Shown here piece by piece: positions 15,201 to 27,461 of a stretch of 64,000 nt of DNA (the stretch's first letter is position 1; every line of letters starts with the position of its first letter). Below the pieces are notes generated by a model. The model made no database searches, was not told the DNA's origin, and was given only the letters and a program-made list of their open reading frames with translations. The translations under genes and the position numbers were made by a program. The stretch comes from Paraspadella gotoi (Eukaryota > Animalia > Chaetognatha): contig CM119267.1 in NCBI GenBank assembly GCA_051294375.1, positions 6,127,992 to 6,191,991 on the forward strand. Reading direction: 5' to 3'.

Positions 15201-18200
15201 AAATTAATAAATGAATCAATCAGAAGTTGGTAACATTCTCGACATCGCAGGTCCATTTCAATCCGGTTTCGACGCGACGGCCTCTTTAAACCTCGTTGTG
15301 GGCGGACGAGGATTGGGCGGTGCCGGCGGCGACATTTGCTCCGAGTCGCATCACGGATCCGCTTCCAACGCCGTTCTCGATACAGATTTCCTAAAGAGGC
15401 TTTTGTATTTCTACAAACCGTCGAGTAATCAGTTTAGCGCACTCGAATCAGGTATTTGAAATTTATTTATTTATTTCGGTTTCTTTTGAAATTTTAGCAA
15501 ATTCTGACCATCCCTTAGGTCGTCGTGAAGACTACACCCTTATGGCCTCTGTGGGCGTCGAGCTGTTGGAACATCTTTCGGAGTTCGGCGCTGCCAGCGG
15601 CGGTCGGTTCTGCGATGACGCGACGGCCGAGATTCTCTGCCGATTACTTGAGGACTTTTTGGGTGATTTCGCGGGCTGCATCGCGGAAGTGGCCTTCGCT
15701 GAGACGTCGACGTTAACCAGTACTCTCGGCCTTCACTCCATCGTCAATTCGTTCGCCAAAGAGTATTTTCCGATGGTTGGCTCTCTCTCTTATTCCGACA
15801 AAGGTGTGAGATGCCTCGAGAAAATGGGAGTCTTTCAGGTGAAGTAGTGTTTTTTGTTGGCTTTAAAAATGTTAATAATATTCGTTGGCTAATGTTATTC
15901 TGTTTCCTTCCCATTTTTTCCATAGGCTTATTTGGACTTACTTTCGACCCCTCACGGTTGTCACGAAACATATGTGAAGCTAATAGTTTCTTCTCTCAAC
16001 TTTTCGGTGGAAGGATTTCCTCGGGCAATCATCGATAAGATTCTCTCGTCACCTTCCGAGGTTCGTTACACTAATCCGAAAACTGAATTAAGCAATTTAC
16101 TTATTATATAGTAAATGACAAACTCAGTCTTTCTGTTTTTGTTCTTTTGGAATCTAATTTCATTTATTTTTCCTCCCACTTTTCCAGTCCAACCGTCTTT
16201 ACGTTTTACGATTTCTTCGAGTCCTCCTCCGGGCGCGGGTTAAGTACTTCAGCGTCTGGGGACTCAAGCTTCTCGTCATGCTGCTTTGCGATACGAGTCC
16301 AAGAGTTTCCTCCGAAGCTTTGGACTTTCTCGACGAAGCTTGCGAAGATAAGGTCCTGAAATATTTCTCGACAATGGCGATAATGTCATTATTTAAAATC
16401 ACTTTTATAATTAAATTTCTAAATTTCTTTTCTTCTTTTCAGGTTCACCTCCTAACGCTCATTGATCTCCAGCCAGCCGTTTTGCACTTAGGCGAAAAGG
16501 GTCGACTCCTGCTAGCGCGCTACGCCTCCGTCCCTCGCGGTCTCAAATACCTCAAGGACTCCAGTTTCCTTTGGAACGAATTGGAGGCGTGGGGCACGAC
16601 GCTGCGCGATCGGTACGTGGACTTGGTCGAGGATATTCTCAACACTGCTCTTACCTCTTACGATCCCGCGGCCCTTCGCGCCACCGGGACTTACGGACGT
16701 CGGAGCATTGGGGGTGCGGATCCTCGTCGAGGAGGAATCGCCCAACGACCGTCTGCTCAGAAGCAGGCCTACGTCCCTGTGCACTTTTACGGCCAGTTGA
16801 CCCAACACAAGGACGGATTTAAACTGCTCGAGGAAAAGGCCGACTTGGAGTCGCTCTTCGAGATATTGGAGGCGGCGGCGGAGCGGGGAGTCGATGTTGA
16901 GGAGGCCAAGACGATCAAAGCGGCCTTGTGGTGCGTCGGACACATTGGAAGTTCAGCGTGGGGTGTGGTTCATTTGGCGAAGGAAAACGTGATTCCGAGA
17001 ATCGTGTCCCTTGCGGAGGATTGCGACCTACTTTCCGTCAGAGGCACAGCGTTCAATGTTCTAGGGTTAATTGCAAGTACCAGACAAGGTAAAGAGGAAA
17101 TTTTTTTGTGGGGGTGTAAATCGGCGGATGTGTTTGAATGTTGCATATTTTTTATTTTGTTACTCAACCTTCAGGAGCGAACATTTTGAGTCGTTATGGC
17201 TGGCTCTCTGTGAAGCAAACGTGGACGTCCCGATGGAGACCCCTCCCGATGAGAGGATTGGGCCTTGGGGTCGTAGGGGCGGTCGACTCCGCCAAAGCCG
17301 GCCTCACGTTAGGCGAAGCAATCGTCCAAGAGTCTGAGATGACGATTAACGCTAGGTTTGCCGCTTATGATCTCGCTATTCTTTTAATTGATTTATTTTT
17401 CTTAAATGGTAATTGTAACTACTTTTTGGCGGTTTTTTTTTTTGCCAGACTTGCTCACGGCACGGCCTCGACCCTTCTTAACTACCAATCACAGCAACCA
17501 GGATCCTTTTCGGGTTCTAACTCCGTTGATTTCGGGGACGACCAACGACCTCTTGAGTCTTCACTGGAGAGCGTGGGCCGACCCCGGACCGGCACTTCGG
17601 CGACCTCGGGAACGTCCGAGTCCGAGTTTGAGGAAGGGGCCAAAACTGACGCCGCAACCAAGAGGGCGTTGTTTCTGTTCGGATCGACTTCTAATCCTGA
17701 GACACCAACGAAGGGAAAAAACTCTCGAGGTATCTTTCCGACTTTCGGTCTTTTTTTTTTGTGGATTGGTTAATCCTAATTAGTAAAGTATTAGCATTAA
17801 TAACTGAAATATAAATATTACATAAGACTAATTCAATTCAGATTTCTCCTCCGATGCCGGCAGCGAGGATCGATCTCGCTCTTCCGCGACGACCTCTCTC
17901 GCGGGCAGCGACTCCTTCGACAGCGACGCTAAAAAGAAAGGCGGCGGCGCCTTTTATCGCCGCTGGAATTCCCTGCCGCACAAAAAATTCAGAGAAAAAT
18001 TTTCGGCCAAGGCTCGCACGTCCCATTCGGACGCCAGTCAAGAAAAGGATGAGGATGCGGCGGCCGACGAAGATAGAGAGAATTTTTCTCCCCCAGCCCT
18101 CTCGTCGGCCGTCGCGTCGCCGGATTCGGCCTCGCCGACGCCACTGTCGACGCCGCCGACATCGATGGAACGTCGATTCGCGTCGTCGTCGCCGAAGCCG

Positions 18201-20995
18201 CGCAGCTCGAGTTTCGGCGATGTTCATCCCAATCAGACGACCTCAGCGTCTACGGCGGAGGCGACCGTCGAGCACGCCCGTCTCAAGCCGCTTTACTCTG
18301 CGGATGGCGTCGTTCGACGTTCGACGCCAGCGTCCTCCCCGGGCACGCCCCTCAGTGAAGGCAGGGGCCGCGGAGACAGCGACGTGAGCTCAGGGCGCGG
18401 AGAAGCTGCGCAGGACCAGGGTAAGAGGGGTGAAAAAAAAAAAAATTTTTTTTAGTTGTTTATCTTCTCGGTAACTAACCTCTCCAGATGACCTTGACAA
18501 AGGACGCAATAACTCCGATTCGACCAGCGGAGTCTCCTCAGTGGAGAGCGGCGCTTTCATGTCCCGAGAATCAGAGGCGGACGCCAAGGCCACCACGGAA
18601 CGCCAATCAAAAGACCGCCACAAGAAACTGGGCATTCTTAAATCAGCTTCTCCCGGAGGCCATCGGTCTATCGACAAGCTGAGCGTGGAACGCGAAGACA
18701 GTGCTGCTCTTGATCGGAGTCGAAGGTGTGTGGACACCTATGTCTACTGTTTATTAATTGAATAGGATTAAAATTTTCTGCTTTCTCTCTCTCTCCCCTC
18801 TCTCTCTCTCCCCCCTTCCTTTAAGGTCTCTGCCCGTATTTTACTTCAACCGCAGCGTCAGCGACGGCGGGTCGTTGTTAGGTAAAAACGAGTCGTTGCA
18901 CCTTGCGGCGAACTTGCTGGCGCCGACGGAACGCTTGTCACGAAGTCAGCGCGGATCCAAGGCCTCGATCGAATCATTTATGTGCGTGAGGGGCAGGGAC
19001 GCCTCGTTCGTTGGATTCTGGGAAGCCAGAGCAGAAGCAGGATTGAAGTAAGCCTCCGCGGTCTGTTTTTTGAAGTGGCACGTTGAACGAATGTTTCAAT
19101 TTCCGTTCCCTTTCATTCAGGCCCGTTCCCGATGAGCTTTTTGATTCGCGTTCTGACCAAATCCGAGTTTCTCCTTTGGAAGTCGATCCTTTATCGATCG
19201 ACGTATTTCGAAAGTATGCGCCCATGAATGTTAATTATTTAATCTTAAAAGTTGCTTCATGGCCTTTTTATTCTTTAGTCCATATCCTCTTCGTTGGACT
19301 TCCCGCGACGAGGCCGGGTTCAACGCGATGAAGGCGCTTCAACGCCATCGAGGTCAGTCGAACGACATCATTGAGGACATGTTGGCGCGAAAATCGGATG
19401 CCGACTTGGAAAAGTTGCATCGGAAGTTGTCCTCTGGAATTTCGGAGGCACTCTTCGACATAGATCCTGTTTCCGGTCAGTGACAAAATGGATGAACAAT
19501 TGAACATGTTTGAAGGAACGATTTTTGATTTCCTTGTTCCGGTTACTGCAGGCGTGTACTTAGGTCCTCCGGACCCAAATTCAGTCGACGAGACGACCTC
19601 GCCTGTCGCGACCCCATCCGAGCCTCGTTCCCACTCGGCATCATTCGTCGTCGCGAGTCCTCGACATAATCGGAGCCAAACTCTGGATGACCTAAACGCC
19701 TCGACTATCGTAGCGGCCGGAATCTTTTCCACCGGCAGCGACGTCGGCGCCGGAACCGCGGAATACATCGGCGTCGCGGTTCCATTCCGCGCTCAAATGG
19801 TTTTGTCGTTGCCGACTTCGTCGGAGAACGGATTTTTGATTTCACTGGACGGTGACGAAGACGAAGTCTTGTTGCCCAAGTCGAGGAAGATGACACGGCC
19901 GTCACCAATCATTACGGTCAGTTGCGGGATAGACAAAAACGTTGGAAAATAGTTTTACGAAACTAGTATAAAATCACAGGTCGTAACGTCCCCTCTGCCT
20001 CAAGCCAGCGACGTTGGCGTCGAAGAAGCTTTTTTCGACGCCGCTCTCCCGAAACCTATCAAGGGGGTGGCCTCTGTTCCGGCGCCCGGGGTTCACTTGG
20101 CGCCCATTGCGCCGGCCAGGAACGTCAGCTCGAGTTACGTCGTTAGACGAACTTCGGTCAAGATGGAAGCCTACGGCGTCGTCGCGTCGAAGGTCCAGCA
20201 ACGTATAAAGAGACGATCCTCCGCCGATTTCGACGCTTTGGGTAAGCCGAATTATACCTAAACGTTAAAAACGAAAAATGGATAGATTAAATGATACGTA
20301 CTATTCTTCGCCCCCCCCCCGTAGATGTTCTCTCGATCGGCGCCAGTTCGGATCGTTCCAGTTCACTGCCGTCCGAAGAGAAAGAGACCGGCGTGAGCGC
20401 CGAGGAAGACGCGAAAGAATCTTCTTCCTCGCACGAAGACCCCGTCTCGTCCTCCCCGCATTCGGAATCGGATTGCCTCGAGTGTTGTCACCGCGATCGT
20501 GGCGGGATCATCGAGACCCCACCCAGCCGTCCCGACGGTCACGTGTGGAAGGAAGTGTTGCGGGTGGTGGGCCAACTCTCCTCATCCGTCGGCGTCAAGG
20601 GCAATGAGCAAATGCTCATCGGCCTCAAACAAAAGTTTCCCGACGCATTCGTCGACGCCTGCCTCTACAGTGAGGTGGCAGCGCTCCTCGCGGGCGCCAC
20701 GTACCGACTTCCGGTTAGGAGATTCGTCCAGGGACTCTTCGCGGAAACCTCGTTCACCAGGTTGTTTCAGATTTATAGGAATACATGGATTTGATTTGTT
20801 TTTTTTTTGTTTTGTTTGTTACTTTGTTCTTTCTCTCCTTTCAGGCTTTTCGAAGTCTCTTACCTCATCCTAGCCATTCCATCCGTGACCAACTTTCCTA
20901 GGGACGCATCTTCATCGGAAACTACGTCTCCCGAAACAGAAGTCAGCATCGCTAGCAACAGTGAAACTAATACGATAGTGGCAGAACCTGCTTAA
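12281..20995 (+). CDS. RICTOR: Rapamycin-insensitive companion of mTOR (mTORC2 subunit), about 25 exons
   Basis: N-terminus MSASIDFRGRRLK..., EVRAATLRAFRY, ERVQALRLVRR, LLRTWPGL, WNWHLI, LLYFYKPSS, VPVHFYGQL, KAALWCVGHIGSS, SVRGTAF, C-terminal YRLPVRRFVQGLF. Long Ser-rich linker at ~17.4-20.5 kb. Confidence 0.93.
13069..13206. mobile_element. Foldback MITE with perfect ~45-bp terminal inverted repeats in a RICTOR intron
   Basis: TTAGGAAAAACAGTTTTTAAGGTCAACAACGATTTATTATTGGAT (13069-13113) is the exact reverse complement of 13162-13206. TA at both ends is Tc1/mariner-like. Confidence 0.8.
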
Positions 20996-21598
20996 CGAAA
21001 AACTTAAAACTTAAAAACTTAAAACTCTTCAACATCCACTGAACTCATCTAAACCGTGTCAAGGTAAACCGAGGTGAGCTCTCGACAATAAATTCCGCTC
21101 ATCACCCCTTTTGACAATTCCGACTAAATTTAAAGAAAAAAAAAATTATTCCTACACATAGTCTGAACTAAGGAATTTCTCGAACCCAAAAACGTATTGT
21201 AACTTGTAGTCGCTTATCTTCAACTGGATTCTTCGCCGATTCTTTTTTCCCGTGGTATTAATTTTGCCTGTAATTACCTTTTACATTCCTTAATTACTAG
21301 GAAACAAAATTCCCGTATACAATCAATTGTCAAAAATTTTCTCTCCCACCAGGCTTTTTTATAACGCTTTTTACAATCCCCGAGGTTTGCGTCGTTTTTT
21401 TTTCGTTAAGCCTTTTTACTAGTCTTTCTTTTTACGTTTTTCTGTACTTTAGAAAGCTATTATTTTCGGTTTTTGTTTAATCTATTATTACTGATCATGA
21501 TTTGATTTCAGGTTAATAGGATATAGAATAGTTTAAAAGCTACACTGAAACTCTTCAAATTTTCACAACACGAACCTCCCGTCGGAACGTTAGACACC

Positions 21599-22702
21599 AT
21601 GGAAACCTTTGACGCCGCGAACCCCTCGAGCAGGTCCTCGCCCGATTCGTCCGACTTCGAGAAGGTGGAGAAGGAAGATCTGATCGGCGCCCCCTCCGGC
21701 ATGGAACCCGACTCGTCGACGGGTGGCGATGCCCTCAGAGGTGGCGGGGACTCGACTAAGGCTCAGCCGGAGTCGACAACTTCACCCAAGGAGGAGCTTG
21801 CCGGTTGGTGTTAGCCTGCGCTCGATTTTGTTTCAATAATTGTTTTAGCGCTTTGACTTTTCTCCTGCAGATCTATTCGGCTTTCTCCAATCACTGCCCC
21901 CGCCGGTTTTGGATCTCGTTTACTGGCGTCGACCGGCGTCGACCGGGTGTGTTTTCGGCGCCTCGCTTGCGCTTCTCTTCTCGCTGTCCATGTATTCGAC
22001 GATCGCGGTGGCGTCGTACGCGGCGCTCTGCGTCTTAACCACCACCTTCTCCTTCGTCGTTTACCGCAAGTGTCTCGCAGCCATTCAAAAGTCGTCCGGA
22101 GATGCGAATCCCTTTAAGGCTTATCTCGGCGACGATGCCCTCGACGCTTACAAGGAAGACTGCCAACGAGTTTTGGAGTCGGTTTTGGGGCAGGTAGGAA
22201 GTTGTCCTTCTTGGCGATATATAAGTTTTGGCCTTGGGTTAAAGTTACTTTTATAATATTCTGAGAATGGAGTTAAAACCATTCACGATTGTGATGCCTT
22301 CAGGTTGGAAAATGCGTGGTAACCTTGCGCCACTATTTTCTTATCGTGGACGTTCTCGATTCGATCAAATTCGCGCTCTTCTTGTGGTTTCTTACTTACA
22401 TCGGAGCCTGTTTCAATCTTTTGACCCTTCTCATTCTACTGGAAGTTTCTCTCTTTACCCTTCCAAAGGTAGGTTTGATACTAGTCGAAAAATGATATTT
22501 AATAAAAGAAACAATAAAAACAGGTCATTTTTAAAATTAGATTTACGAAGTTCATCGTGCGCAAATCGACTCCTACGTGAACCTAGTCATGGATCAACTT
22601 CGCGCGCAGTACCCGGTCATCCGCACCAAAGTAGATGAGACCTTTGGAGCCGCCCTGGCAAAGGTTACTGCAATGATTCCCGGGAAGGCGAAAGCCCAAT
22701 AA
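21599..22702 (+). CDS. RTN: Reticulon (RTN-like), 4 exons
   Basis: LDLVYWRR..TGCVFG, hydrophobic hairpins, IQKS..NPFKAYL, DSIKFALFLWFLTYIGACFNLLTL, FTLPKIYE. TAA at 22700-22702. Confidence 0.9.
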
Positions 22703-23692
22703 CCTGGCATCTCTTCATATTCGTGCACACAGATTGTAGCGATAAAAAAAATCGGTTTTAATTAAAAACGATACGAGATACTTTTTTTTTTTTTTTTTTA
22801 AATTTTTATTTCATCATTACAAGTTTTTTCTTTTGGTTGCGTTTGTTTACTTTTTTTCAATAATTATTAATGCCGTATTTCTTTCAATTTAGCTTTGTCC
22901 TTAATCTTTGTCTGGGGACGTGTTTGAGTTCATATTGTACTTGATGTATCTAGGATTACGAGCATAATTTGAGATTTTTAATCGTATCAAATTTTCATGC
23001 CTTAATTAAAAACCTTAAAAGAGCTTTCTTAAAAGGAAATTAGTCACTTTTGTTTCGTTGCCTTTCTTTTGCTCAAAAACCGTAGCATATTTAATGCATA
23101 AATCTTAAAACGGCTTGTGATTTCGTTCATGCGGTCATGCGGATTCGTCGATCGCTAAGTTACGTTTTTTAAATCGTAATAAATTATGATTATCGAGCCT
23201 TTTTCGCCGCCTTAATTCAAGTCGTCCTTGTCACAGAAGACAAGAACTGTAGCTTACAATATAATTATATACCCCTTATTTCTATCCTCTATATAATTAT
23301 AAACTGCTGATTGTGGAATTGGTGACGAGTCTTTCTGACCACAAAAAGTTTTCGGTAGATAGTTTGTACTTTTAGTCAAAAAACGGCACATTTTGTTAGT
23401 AATAGTTTCAATTCGTAAATATTTTTTTAACCACTTTTATGTTGCATAATTGCAAAGTTATAACTAAGTCAATTTGGCTTTAAGACTCGAGAAGTCAGTA
23501 TTACTATTACATTTGCTTTAAGGGTAATTTACGGCCGCTTTCGAAAGTTATTCACGATTTTTCTATGTGTGAAAATGGGTTTCATATACGTACGCCATTT
23601 AATTTTATTACTACGCTTGCAGATGTGATTACGTGATAATTTAATACACCACAAAAAAGTATAAGGAAGCTCTCCTCTATATCACTTAAAAA

Positions 23693-26600
23693 ATGGCGGA
23701 AGAAATTTCTGCTGAAAGAAGGTCACGTGAGGGTGACGGAATCGACTTCGTAGAAATAGGAACGAATCCCGACCCCACTGAACTAATGCTCCCTCACGAG
23801 TCTCTCGCCTTCGAAGAGCTCCACCGCGCAGACGAGGAAGGCGGAGCGCTGGTCATCACCAGTAAAGGCCTCGGTCTCCACCGGTTGTTCCTCAACCAGT
23901 TAAAACTGTACTCTGACCCGGCCCTGCTTGTCTTCGTACTCAACGCTTCGAAGGAAGAAGAGACTTACTTTGTGGAGCGCATGACCGCCGTCGGAATCCA
24001 TCCATTGCCTAAAGTTGTTAACAACGACACACCTGCCTCGGAACGACAAAAGGCCTATTTGGAAGGTTTGGTCAGTTCCTTACTTTGTTCACTTCTTCTT
24101 TTTCATTTGACCATGTCTGTTCTATTGCTTGTTCTCTAATTCTGAAATCGTTTACATACGTCTCTGAGTAACTTCATATAATTTCCTGTAGGCGGCGTTC
24201 ATTTTGTCACTTCCCGCATCTTCGTCGTCGATCTTCTTACCGACAAGGTTCCACTCGATTTGACGACGGGGATTCTCGTTTACCGCGCCCACAAGATACT
24301 CGAGTCTTGCCAAGAGTCGTTTATTTTGCGACTTTTCAGAGATAAAAATAAAAAAGGCAAGCCTTTAGCATTCTTATTTGACGGTAACGTCTTGTATGAA
24401 TCCTGTGTTACAACGACTTAAGGCTTCGTCAAGGCTTTTTCGGAATCCCCCGTGGCTTTTACCGCTGGCTTCTGTCACGTGGCCCGCGTCATGAAAAACC
24501 TTCACGTCAGGAATTTATTCCTTTTGCCGAGGTTTCACGCTTCTGTCAAGGAGACTCTGGAGACTTGTCCGGTGAGAAAATAACTAAAGCGGGGAAAGTT
24601 TTTATATCGCAGCTTTACCTTGACCCGTAAAACAGGTCGACTCCGTGGAACTGATGATTCCTATGACCCCGGCCATGATCTCCGTGCAGTCGGCCCTCGT
24701 CGACCTCATCGGCGTTTGTCTCAAGGAGCTAAAAGCCGTCAACCCCCTCCTCGACACCGACGAACTTACTGCCGAGAACGCCCTCACCAAATCTTTCGAT
24801 TACCTCGTCAAACTTTACGTCGACCCGGTCGTCCACACGCTCAGCTTTAAATCTAGGCAACTCCTCGCAGACGTGAGAACGCTGCGTCGAGTCTTACAGT
24901 ATTTGATGCAGTACGATTCGGTCACCTTCTACAGCATTGTCCAGTCCGTATGGCAAAGCCAGTCGGGCTTTCAAAAAAACGCCGGGTGGATGTTCCTAGA
25001 TTCGGCCGATTCCCTATACGCGCGGGCCAAGGAGAGAGTCGTTGGCTCAGCGTGCGGCAAGAAGAGCGCAGAGAGCTTGACGCTGGAAGCGACTCCCAAG
25101 TGGGAGGCTTTGCTTCAAGTGCTGGAGGAGATCGAACCGTCTCCTTGTTCGGAGCCTGCAGAAAAGGACGTCTCCGGTGATCCGGTTCTTATCGTCGCCG
25201 AAGACGACAAAACTTGCTCCATGCTCCGTGACGTCCTGTTACAAGGACCCCGCGAGTTGCTGTTGCGGAAGTACGTCTTGTTACAAGACAAAGAGGATAA
25301 CAAGTCTGGCATGGAGTCTGCTCGGCGAGAATTGGAACGGATGGCCGCCACCGAGGAGGATGAGGCGGGAAAAAAACGGAAGAAAATGACTGAGCTTAAA
25401 AACATGAAAAAAAGACGCGAAAACGGTTTAACTCTAACGCAAATGGTGGACGTCGTGGCCGAAAAATCAAAGACGGCGACAAAAGCGGAAGATGCAAATT
25501 CCGGCGAAGAACCTTGCGGCGACGCCTACGAGCTCCTTCACAACGGACGTAGGATCGTCCTTCATCCAACCCACGGATGTCGCGACTCCATGTCTTTAAC
25601 CCGCGTTCTCCGTCAACTTGAACCATCTATCGTTGTCCTTTACGACCCGGACGTGAGCTTCGTACGACAGCTGGAGATATTCCGCGCCTGTCGTTCTCGT
25701 CCTCTCAAAGTCTTTTTTCTTATGTACGCGGATTCGGTAGAGGAACAAAAGTACTTGACGTCGTTGAGAAAAGAGAAGGAAGGCTTCGAGTATTTGATCA
25801 AAGAGAAGTCGACGCTCGTCGTTGACTTCAACGAGGACGCCCAACTGGCGACTGAGCTGGCGGACGAAGGGCGGATCAGCAGTCGCAAGGCTGGCGGACA
25901 GGTGAGATATTACCAAGTGACGAGCTGCACTTTTTGCAAAAAATTAAAAAAAAAAAACGATTGTCCCGATAATTAAAAAAATAATTAATATTATTATATA
26001 TTTATGCTAATTTAAAAATTGTTGACATCGATAATAAACACAAGAATTATCTTTTGCAGTCGTCGGCGCCAACGTCTTCCCCCAAAGTCATCGTTGATCT
26101 TCGCGAGTTTCGCTCCGAACTCCCGTCTCTTATTCACCGGCGCGGAATCGCCGTTGAACCCGTCACTCTCGAGGTCGGCGACTACATCCTCAGTCCGGAG
26201 ATCTGCGTCGAGAGAAAGAGCGTTTCAGATCTCATCCACTCGCTCAACTGCGGCAGGCTTTACAATCAGGTCGACCGTCGAGTGTCATTCTCATTTCTGA
26301 AGTTTTAGTTGCACCGCGGAGCAACTTTATAAGTCACTTTTTGGTCGGTCTGTCCGTCCGTCGTTATGTCGTTAAAGATGCTCATAACTTGCATATAGGA
26401 CAGGAAAAAACCTCAAATCTAAGGGAACTGCTAGCGCCGCCTTCAGGAAATAAAAGACAAAGTTCCGATGCACTGCTTGTCATAAATACAGGGCTAAGAA
26501 AGTTATGGTAGTCATATAATGTCATATCATGTTACAAAAAACATACGTGATAAGGCAGTTACTGCGGCGAAACACATTTGAATTACCGTTCTTGTTTTTT

Positions 26601-27249
26601 TCTTTTCTTTTCTCAGTATTGAACCATATACGTATTCTTTCTTTAAATCCCTTTTCGTTTCTTCTTTCAGGCAGTGGCCATGACGCGTCAGTACCGTCGT
26701 CCCATTCTCCTCATCGAGTTTGACCAATCCAAAAGCTTCTGTCTCGATCAATCTCAATACGCGTTTTCCAAAGCGGACGGCGTCGACATCAAAGAGACGC
26801 AATCGAAGCTGACTCTGTTGACGATTCACTTTCCCGGATTACGGATCATCTGGTCGGCGAATCCTTACGCCACCGCCGAGATTTTCGAAGCCATTAAAAA
26901 GGGTCGATCGGAACCCGACGCCGCGGCGGCCATAGCCATCGGCCAAGCGAGCCTCGCCGGTAAATAAGAAGGGACCTGAGGTTTTAATGGGGTCTGGTTC
27001 GTAAAGAAGCCTCATTTTGTAACTATTGGTTTCATTTCTTCCGCTCCAGACGGCGTCCCCTCATCCAAATACTCACCCGTCGCCCAAGACTTTCTTCTCA
27101 AACTTCCTGGCGTCGATACAAAAAACTTTCGTCGTCTCATGAATAGCGTGGCCAATTTGGGAGAGTTGTCCCGTAAAACTCGGGAAGAGCTCGCGAAAAT
27201 TCTCGACAGCGCCGCCAACGCGGAGAAGTTGTGGAAATTTTTTTCATGA
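23693..27249 (+). CDS. ERCC4: DNA repair endonuclease XPF, 7 exons
   Basis: [86 protein letters not shown]-terminal HhH. One GC-AG intron (24357-24422). Stop as written follows a T7 run. Confidence 0.95.
26303..26480. mobile_element. Helitron/Helentron-like non-autonomous repeat fragment in an XPF intron
   Basis: TTTTAGTTGC..GCAACT palindrome followed by TATAAGTCACTTTTT and a (GTCY)n microsatellite. A related sequence occurs in reverse orientation at 62139-62214. Confidence 0.5.
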
Positions 27250-27461
27250 GAGCCACCGTGCGGTCGACGCTCGGGGTCGCGCGGATGACAAGAAGGCCGT
27301 CAAAGGCAGAGCCAATTTTAAATACTTTGGGAAGAGAAAAAAGAAGAGTTGCATACTTAACTTCTGTGATATAATTATTATTATTATTACTTTTTTCGAC
27401 TGAACAATTTGACATTTTTTTCTGCTTTCCGTTATTTTTCTAAAACGTTCTTTTTTTAGAA

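Noticed and set aside
17854-18387. Arg-rich 177-aa ORF resembling a protamine-like protein
   Set aside because: Alternative frame of a Ser/Ala-rich RICTOR exon (TCG/GCC repeats).
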